From Neolecta irregularis DAH-3 (Eukaryota), in NCBI GenBank assembly GCA_001929475.1, contig LXFE01000157.1:108339-128338 (forward strand): DNA of 20,000 nt. The letters run 5' to 3'. The notes under the pieces were generated by a model, which worked only from the letters and a program-made list of their open reading frames with translations, had not been told where the DNA came from and made no database searches. Positions 10,479 through 18,367 of this stretch are shown here, piece by piece. Position 1 is the first letter of the stretch; each line of letters begins with the position of its first letter. A program made the position numbers and the translations under genes.

Positions 10479-13400
10479 ATGGCTGCCTTGCCGCCCTCCC
10501 TTAACCCGCGCTGCATTCCAGACATCAGTGCGCGTGCTCTCAGCGAAATACGCAACGAGCGCATCCTGCTACAGGCTTCTGCAAGATCGCTCTGCGCCCG
10601 GGCGTATGGTTATTTTGCACAGGTACGATCTCAGTCACCACCACCCTTTGTTCACTCCACCAGGCACAGGAAGCCTCAAACACAGGCAAGCACGAGACTG
10701 CCTATTTCTATTATCTAAAATGTGGACTGTTTGTTGCGATAGTACACATCACGCACGGCTGATTGTAAAGTATCATCGAAGAGGTCCCCACTCGCAAAGA
10801 TTTCTACAAGTGGAAGGAAAAGAACGATGATTCCCTCAACGACTATCTAATCGTGAGATCGGTTGGCGCACTGCCTCGACCCATTGTTGATCAAAGGTCA
10901 CCCGAGACAGGATTCGTAAATTGGCCAAGCTGCTTGCTCAGCCATCTTCCGATGCGGGTTCGGACAAGGCTTCTCTTCAAAGTTTTAAAGATCCCTCTGG
11001 CTTGGATGATCAACCTCAAACACGTTCTGCAGAAGAACAAGGTATTGCCCTTTTGTGTTTTTTTCCAACCAAAGTCATCTATCCTCGGCTTTCGCAGCGA
11101 GGTTTCCAAATATATAAGACCTCTTTAATATGCATAGATGTTCCAGACGCATGGATCGTAACATCAGCTTCAAATGATTCGGATAACGGCAGCATTTATC
11201 GCAATCGCCTTCGCGATGGTACCTTGCAGTTGTAATGCATATGCTTAATACTCAGCTACGGAACGCCAACGAACTTCTCAAACTAGTTCGAATTCCTCAG
11301 CAGATGACCACTTGCTTCAACGATTCGAAAAACTCTCTATCAAGAAACACGAGCCCAATAATGTGGATCTCAAGGGGTCGCAAGTTTTGCCTCTTAATTC
11401 CACTGATTCAAACGTTGTTTTTAATTGCCTTCCTAGGTCTTCTCTCGAGAACTTCAAGAATTATAACCTCTCTGAAATCTCTTCAATTACACAAACACCG
11501 CTTCAAGCCCGTCATCCTATCTCTAATGCTGATCCACCATCTGCAGCACACGATCATTCCATCTCGGATTTTTGGGAGGAAGAACCGCATATACCCGCAC
11601 TTCTCCCGGACAAATTCGCTCAAACGAACGTCATTACAGTGGCTATTTTGCATTCTTACCTTTTTGACCGGAGCCCGAAGCCGTCCATCTTGTTTATCGA
11701 TGTGAGAGATCGGAAACTTTTCGAGAAGTCTAGGATTCGAGGACAACACGTCGTCAATGTGGAACCCATCATATTATCAGAAGGTATTACCGGCCCAGAG
11801 CTTGAGAAAGCTCTTTGCCTAGCAACAAGAAGAGAACAATATTTATTTTCCTCCAGATCGCAGTTTGATATAGTCGTTTATTACGACCAATCGAGTAGAA
11901 TAAATCAAGTGACTGGAGGACCACTGGATGAGGAACATGCGCGGATTCTCCATACATTGGCTCAGGCAATCTTTGAATACAATGGCTATCTTAAGCCCCT
12001 TAAGAGGATGCCGTTGTTCCTTCTGGGCGGCTTGGATCGTTGGATTGCACACATTGGTGAAGATGGTCTGGATCGGACTCTACTACCAACAAAGGAGTAT
12101 CGCTCGGAACTTCCATCTACTCTGTCCGATGGACAGGAATTGCAGCCATCGAATGTTCGCGAGCCTCGTCGGTACACTCTTGAGCAAGATCTCCCTACAG
12201 GAGTTGAGATAGATCTTGATGCTGAAATTAAATGGTTGCAGCAGCTGCAAACTGAAAAGTATTTATCCAAAGATGAAGTTTCTTACCGACTTGTAGAGCA
12301 GGTGAGCTTGAGCAAACGCCGAGCAACGACTACAGACCCAACAAGAAGAAAATTCATCGGGCTGCCTCTATTATCCCCAGCAGCGACTCTGGATATGCTC
12401 GCACTATTACAGACTATGTAAGTTTTCTGGAATTATAAGGTTCTGACAACACAGTTACAACAACCTAATGGAATTAGTTCTCCATGTGTGGTGGATTCTG
12501 ATAATGGCTATCATTCAATCTATACTGCCAACAAGACTGAAGATCACCCAGTTTCACCCACTTCTCTAGACTGGCATCCATCAGGCCCCAATCGTGTTCT
12601 CCAGAGATCAAGAACCATTTTAGATCACCCTTTTCACGGGTTTTCCAAACTCCAAGATGTTCGCTCCAACGAAGAGACGCCGAGTGCTGAAATACCCCTG
12701 ACTGCAACCGATATGGGTAACTCACCTAGGCCTAAAGCCGATAGCCTGCCACCGAAAGTACCAGAGAAACGAAGGATGAATTCATTACAATCTCGTCAGC
12801 CATCATCTACGTTACCTGCAATAAACACTGGACTAAAGAATCTCGGGAATAGTTGTTACATGAATGCTGTACTTCAGTGTCTGAGTGGCTCAGTACCACT
12901 ATCGAGATATTACAATGGTAAAAGAACCATGCATGAGAAATCTTGAACTATAGATGGAAGTTTCAGACGTGAGATTGCGCGGAACAATCCACTTGGAAGC
13001 CAGGGCAAATTATCAGAAGCCTACACCAATGTTTTAAAACATCTCTGGTCTTCAAATTATACATTTGTATCCCCTGTCACGTTCCGGGTAAGTCGATTCC
13101 TTTGATTCCTCTAATTTCGAAAGGATTTAATTGGTCGCATGAACTCGCAATTTGGTAATGACGATCAACAAGATGCTAGCGAATTTCTTTCGTTTCTGCT
13201 TGATGCTCTGCACGAAGATACGAACCTTGCATTTGATCGATCTAAATTTCGAGAATTGACTAAAGACGAAGAAGACAGGCGTAATGGATTGCCAATTCAG
13301 GTTGTTTCTCCAATAGAATGGTCCCGCTATACCCATCGTAACTCGAGTCGGATAGTCTCATTTTTCCAGGGCCAGTTACTTAGTCAACTGAAGTGTTTGT

Positions 13401-13999
13401 CCTGCAACTACAAGTCTAGCTCATACAGTGCATTCTCCATGCTGAGTTTACCCTTGGCCTTGAATGCTCATCATGGAAAAAGTTCTATCTACGACTGCTT
13501 GGGGATGTTTTTACAGCCTGAAATATTGCGCGGGGAGAATTCCTGGTATCCTCCCTTCAAATATTCAAGTGCTAAGTTTGGCAGGCTTTGTCCCAAGTGT
13601 AAAAAGCCAAGAGAAGCCTCCAAACAGTTGATGATCACGCGCCTGCCACCACTATTGATTATCCATTTGAAGCGCTTTTCAATGAACGGGCGTTGGCGAG
13701 ACAAGTTAAACATGCCAGTTGAAGTTCCGCTCCAGACATTAGACCTTTCTCCATATGTTGTCCCCGAGGCTAATTCAACTCATGGCCATGATTCACTTGG
13801 AACCCTGGAGACTGTCTGTTATGGGATGATAATTCATCATGGTCAAGGTCTGACCTCGGGCCATTATACCGCGTATGTTCTCGACGAATCGAATCAATGG
13901 TGGCATTTCGACGATACACGAGTATCCAAAGTTTCTGAGGAGGAGGTTTTCAAGGCGCAGGCATATATAGTGTTTTACAAGCGAAAGGCTATGGTTTAG
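10479..13999 (+). CDS. DOA4: Ubiquitin C-terminal hydrolase Doa4/Ubp4/USP8-like (N-terminal MIT-like region, rhodanese domain, USP catalytic domain), multi-exon
   Basis: Rhodanese-like LFIDVRDRKLF...VEP...FDIVVYYDQ...LLGGLDRW. Cys box TGLKNLGNSCYMNAVLQCL, QQDASEFLSFLLDALHED, His box HHGQGLTSGHYTAYV...WWHFDD, ending AYIVFYKR; stop at 13999. Short 5' exons splice in frame from the ATG at 10479, but the 5' structure is less certain. Confidence 0.88.
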
Positions 14000-14123
14000 A
14001 TTTTGGGGTGGAGTTTGGGTGATTGCAACATGACCGTACATTATATGAAAAAAAAGTTCCAGTAATATCATATTTGAAAAGTAAGAGAAAAACACCGATA
14101 CAAACACCCACCCGCCCGTAGCA

Positions 14124-15174
14124 TTATTCCCAGTCATCGTCACTGCCTTCAGCCGACTATATTGTGAAAAAAAATCTTTACAAATGCCATACCTTTACTG
14201 GTTCCACAGGATTGACGACATCATAGCTACCATCACTGGAGAGTCTGGAATTTCGACTCTCTGGTTTCAAGGTAGCTGTACTCGATATAATATTCTCATG
14301 GGAAGGGCAAGTAGATTTCTTGCTCTGCTCATTTTCGTCATCAGAGTCCCAGTTTATATCTTCCTCAGGCGACAAGACTTGGATCAGTCTACATGGATAA
14401 TGTCAAATCACCTGGAGGTACTCTATCCTTCTCGTAGATTTTTCGATTGAACAGGTATCGCATCCAAAAAGTGTTATGCGAGACTAAATCGATGGGCAAC
14501 GCTGCCCTCATCTTTACAATTTCAGGGATCCGTTTAAGCTCTTCGATTTTCTCATCATATTGATCGATCGTAAAATCAGCCTTCCATTTGGGATAGTCCT
14601 CGTGAGATGGGTCGACGGTATAAGTCTCTTTGCTAATATTTAATACGTGTAGCTGGGAATCGGTTCTTTATCAGTGGATGTAGAGATAGGAGGGATACGG
14701 TTCAGCAATGTTGGCTTCGAATAATAAATTGGCGGTTTCTTCCTGTGGGCTTGTGATGGTAACCGCGTCCTTTATAAAGGCACCTAAACTCGCACGAAAA
14801 CCGCGAAGGTATGTTTCTGCAGACTGCTCGACCTTTTCGAGATCTTTTAGAGATACACGTTGTGCGGACTGAACAAGACTAGCAATACGCGAAGAGGGGG
14901 CTGCCTCGTTTCCAGAGTTGCTATCGACAGTTGAACCACTACGAGAACGAGAGATTGACTCTGAGATTTCCGATTTCAGTTCGGTAATCTCCATTTTGGC
15001 ACGCTCTTCGATGTGATGGTAAGCACTAGTCAACGTCTGACCCCACGACGATGAGGCGAAGGAATGGAGGGCTGACTGGACTTCAGACTTGAGCTCTGGA
15101 GTTTTATCGGGTTCATCTTGAATATCTTGGGATGACAGGGACTGTTCCTGGACGTGGTCGAATACGACGTCCAT
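14124..15174 (-). CDS. BSD-domain protein (Dos2/BSDC1-like), 4 exons
   Basis: Starts MDVVFDHVQEQ. Spliced exon 2 encodes DSQLHVL...YTVDP...WKADF...LVSHNTFWMRYLF, the BSD FWxRYxF motif. Acidic EEDINWDSDDE and SSDGSYDVV segments follow. The last mini-exon is SAEGSDDDWE* (TAA 14126-14124). Confidence 0.82.
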
Positions 15175-15317
15175 GGAGGTTGTTTGGTGTACGAATGCAG
15201 CGACCCTCCTTCTGCGACAGTTGCAAGGTCTGGAGAATATTATTTCATAAACACAAACATGAAAGAGCTACAAATGCTTTGCAGACCGACTCCAAACCCA
15301 TGAATACCATTCCTTTC

Positions 15318-16659
15318 CTATTTCCAAACATCCGCCGTGGAGAACAGTCCATCATCTCCAAACGCTGCAGTGCTCGCTGGCTTGGCATGGTCCGTTCCAG
15401 GTGAGTGAATATCTTGAAAGGACCCGAAATCGTCATCATCAGTGGCAGGGGATTCCCATGCATTCCCAAACCCGGCTGCTACTCCAGTGTTTGGTGCAGA
15501 TTTCATTGGCCGAACGATACCGTCAAACCCTGATAATTTAACTTTTGGCTGAGATGGCGATAACTGGGTTTTTGGGAGCGCTTCTGGAGAGACACCCCAA
15601 GCCGATGGTGACTTGATAGCCGTTGGAGAAGTAGAGTTTGATGGGATAGAGGAGGATCGCTTAGTCGGACTCACAGTAGTATTAAATGCGCCTGCGAGAC
15701 CAGTGAATGCCCCGAGAGTGGTATGAGATCCAGCCGATTGCAGAGACATTGCCTGGGAGGCAGGAGATGAAGACGGGGCAGCACACGTTTTAGAATATAG
15801 CGACAAGATTGAGGTTTTGAGCTCTGAACGAGAGGGTTGGTTAACTGAAGGTCGAGTAATAGGAGCAAGTGCTTGAGCCGGCGAATTCGACCTGGAAGGA
15901 TCGAAATCTAGCAGCGAACTAGAAGACTTTGAGATTTGAGGGGCGGCAATAGTAGATTTCTGGGCAGTGATGGGAGGAGGAGTGTTTGACAAGAGATCTC
16001 TATCTAGATTTGACGAAGTGGCGAGCAAACTGGACCTTTTCGAGGGACGAACTGCTGCATCGACATCCTATCATCAGCAAGCTAGACAGGGAAGAGCCGT
16101 ACTCTATCATCGTCAAAAATGGAAGTATCTTGTGGGATTCCGCTGGCTAGAGCCCATCTCTTGGAATCATACTTTGTCCGTATAAAGTTCTCCATTTTAC
16201 TAAGTTAGCAATGATAAAGAAAGCAGTACCTATCTGAAGGGACGTGCCCTGGCGAAAGGCCTGCTTCCCAGTATCTAATGTCAACGATGCCATTTTCAGG
16301 GAATCTACTTGTTTGCTCTCTTGTTGCCCCATTTTATCATGCTCTTTAATTGGTCGTCGGTCCAGGTATCAAGGTCGACAGATTTCACTGCTACTCAGCA
16401 GATAAAGGGGGATGCGCAACCTCGTGATATATGAGTTCCCAGGCTCCTGTGGATTCCAGCGCATCTGGTATTGTGAGACCGGATGGCAGGGGGCATACCG
16501 AATGCACATGAAGACGCCGATATTCCAACTAGCCCATCGCGGATGGTCATTTTTCTTGCAATCCGCACAAAATCTGTTGGTTTGGAGCAGTTTATCCAGG
16601 ATGAGCTTCGAGCGCTCCTGTTGGGATTTGTCTGCGGATCTGGCGAACCGAGTAGACAT
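15318..16659 (-). CDS. AGE2: ArfGAP, Age2/SMAP-like, multi-exon
   Basis: ArfGAP zinc finger CADC-x17-CIRC with WASWNIGVF, then CAGIHRSLGTHISR|VKSVDLDTW...WGNKRANK..FIRTKYDSKRW after splicing. S/P-rich tail ends FSTADVWK* at 15318. Confidence 0.88.
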
Positions 16660-16715
16660 TGTGATCGGAGGCGAGTGGAAGATTCAACACCACTGCGGTC
16701 CCCTCTGCGTACCAA

Positions 16716-17287
16716 ATGGAGCAAGGAGATACAGCCATACCTGCAGAGTTTGCGCTCGCAGACGTATTGTCGCATGTCGACCGTAAAGATATCTATCTTG
16801 TGATCCACGACAAGGGTCCGTTTTGCGTTGTGAAAAATTGCTGATCCGGCAGTTTACGATGCCTCGCCGTTTATAGACGAACACCCCGGAGGGGAAGAAG
16901 TCCTTCTCGACGTTGCTGGTATCTCATTAATCGCCGTCCGCTAAACATTTGAGGCAAAGATGCTACTAATGCCTTTGAAGATGTTGGACACTCGGACGAG
17001 GCTCGGGAGGTGCTTGAGAAACTTTACATTGGCAATATCAAGGTGATGAATATCGGTCTAGTTCTAATGAGCCAGGCTAGCGACAAGAAATCACGACCAA
17101 AAGCCAAGACCGCGATCAAATCTGTTGGCGCTTTGGTAGATGCAGACTCTGGAACGTAAGAACACCTTGAAACATCACAATTGATCGAAGAAGCAACTAT
17201 ATAGGAGTCTTTTTTATCATAGGCGCAATAGTTGCTTTCGCTGCATACAAGTACATGCAGAAAACCACAGATGCCCAACACCCGTGA
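16716..17287 (+). CDS. CYB5: Cytochrome b5, tail-anchored (exons 16716-16815, 16853-16918, 16954-17042, 17076-17155, 17191-17287; 143 aa)
   Basis: Not in the ORF track because all exons are short. Spliced product reads ...[57 protein letters not shown]..., with both haem His ligands (HPGG, GHS). C-terminal membrane anchor YIGVFFIIGAIVAFAAYKY. Exon lengths sum to 432 nt. Confidence 0.95.
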
Positions 17288-17338
17288 TGGATCAGGGTAT
17301 TTATTAGATTATAAATCACAAAATATAGTACTACAAGG

Positions 17339-18299
17339 CTAGTTTCCATTGACCGGTGTTCTGAAGATGAGTTTGTCTTCATACCAAATGCACATCTATT
17401 TATAAGCCCATGGAAACAGGAGGGACGTACCCGCCTAGGACATTTATCATAAATTAGCTGAATATTATGTTTTGTTCGTCTGCCGTTGGGCCTTGGCTTA
17501 GTACACTGATTCCGCGAGAAAGTACCAAGTGATATAAGCCAAAAGCTGGTTATCTTTTTGATCCCGTTCGATTGTATCGATACATCTGATTTCATTTTCC
17601 CAGCTAGGCAGGTTGAGCGGGACCTTCCATTCTTCGTCGGAGGAAACTGATTTTCGGCCTCGTTTGTTGGGTGTGATCATTTCGCTTTTTCGTCTACGAC
17701 GTTTAAGGTCTTGTGTGAATACGAATTCTTCGCGGCCGCCTTGGGTTGTCCAGTATTGTTCGATTAGTTCCTTTGCGTTTTCGCAGTTTGATTCAGGTTC
17801 CCAGGTTATATCTTGGGGTTCGTCAAAGCCCTTCCACTTGATTTGGTATTGCCATTCATTCTGAGGGTAAGACGGATTAGATGGATGATACCATTCCTGG
17901 GGAATTGCGATGGTCCAAGATGTCTTCGACTACATAGCCTTCTTCGTCGGGATTGTCATCAAAAGGTGTATCCTGTTCGTTATCATTGTCGGTAGGTTCG
18001 ACAGGTTCGACAGGTTCATCACCAAGATCGTCTGTGGCATCAACATCAGGTTCGGCGGTCGTCATTTCATCGGCAGTCGTCATTTCATCGGCAGTGGCCA
18101 TTTCATTGGCAGTGGCCATTTCATTGGCAGTGGCCATTTCATCGGCGGTCGCCATTTCATTGGCAGTGGCCATTTCATCGGCAGTGGCCATTTCATCGGC
18201 AGTGGCCATTTCAGGTTCGGCTTCAACATCTTTGGCCAAAGGTAGGTCTGCAATTGGATCTGTCTGGGCAGGACATGATGGAGGGTCAACTAAAGTCAT
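17339..18299 (-). CDS. swi6: Heterochromatin protein 1 / Swi6-like (chromodomain + chromoshadow domain; exons 18299-17892, 17860-17526, 17491-17431, 17395-17339; about 286 aa)
   Basis: Chromodomain EEGYVVEDILDHR...YQIKWKGFDEPQDITWEPESNC with aromatic-cage Y/W/F present. Basic hinge KRRRRK/KRGRK. Chromoshadow SWENEIRCIDTIERD...YITWPNG...KCPRRMCIWYEDKLIF, which resembles the S. pombe Swi6/Chp2 CSD (from recall). Could instead be the Chp2-type paralog. Confidence 0.88.
18051..18212 (-). repeat. Coding minisatellite: 9 x 18 bp (consensus GAAATGGCCACTGCCGAT) encoding E-M-[A/T]-T-A-[D/N/E]
   Basis: Directly visible tandem units (plus strand ATCGGCAGTGGCCATTTC and variants) in the Swi6 N-terminal extension. 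Confidence 0.95.
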
Positions 18300-18367
18300 G
18301 ATCAGGGGAGCAAAATGGTGGAAATGTAGTTGCGTGGCCTAAAAGTTTCTCCCCTCCACCCCAACCG

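Noticed and set aside
16395-16884. Several overlapping ORFs of 66-137 aa around the AGE2/CYB5 junction
   Set aside because: Explained as shadows or partial frames of AGE2 and CYB5 exons.
17024-17595. Minus-strand ORFs 17024-17281 and 17197-17595
   Set aside because: The first is antisense to CYB5. The second is a read-through of a swi6 exon and adjacent introns, not a separate gene.
18051-18212. Repeat array considered as CRISPR-like
   Set aside because: Head-to-tail units with no unique spacers, inside a eukaryotic coding exon.
17910-18342. Repetitive ORFs (GSGHFI, SSAVAI and MKWPLP repeats)
   Set aside because: These are alternative frames and strands of the 18-bp swi6 repeat. Only the EMATAD frame joins the chromodomain.
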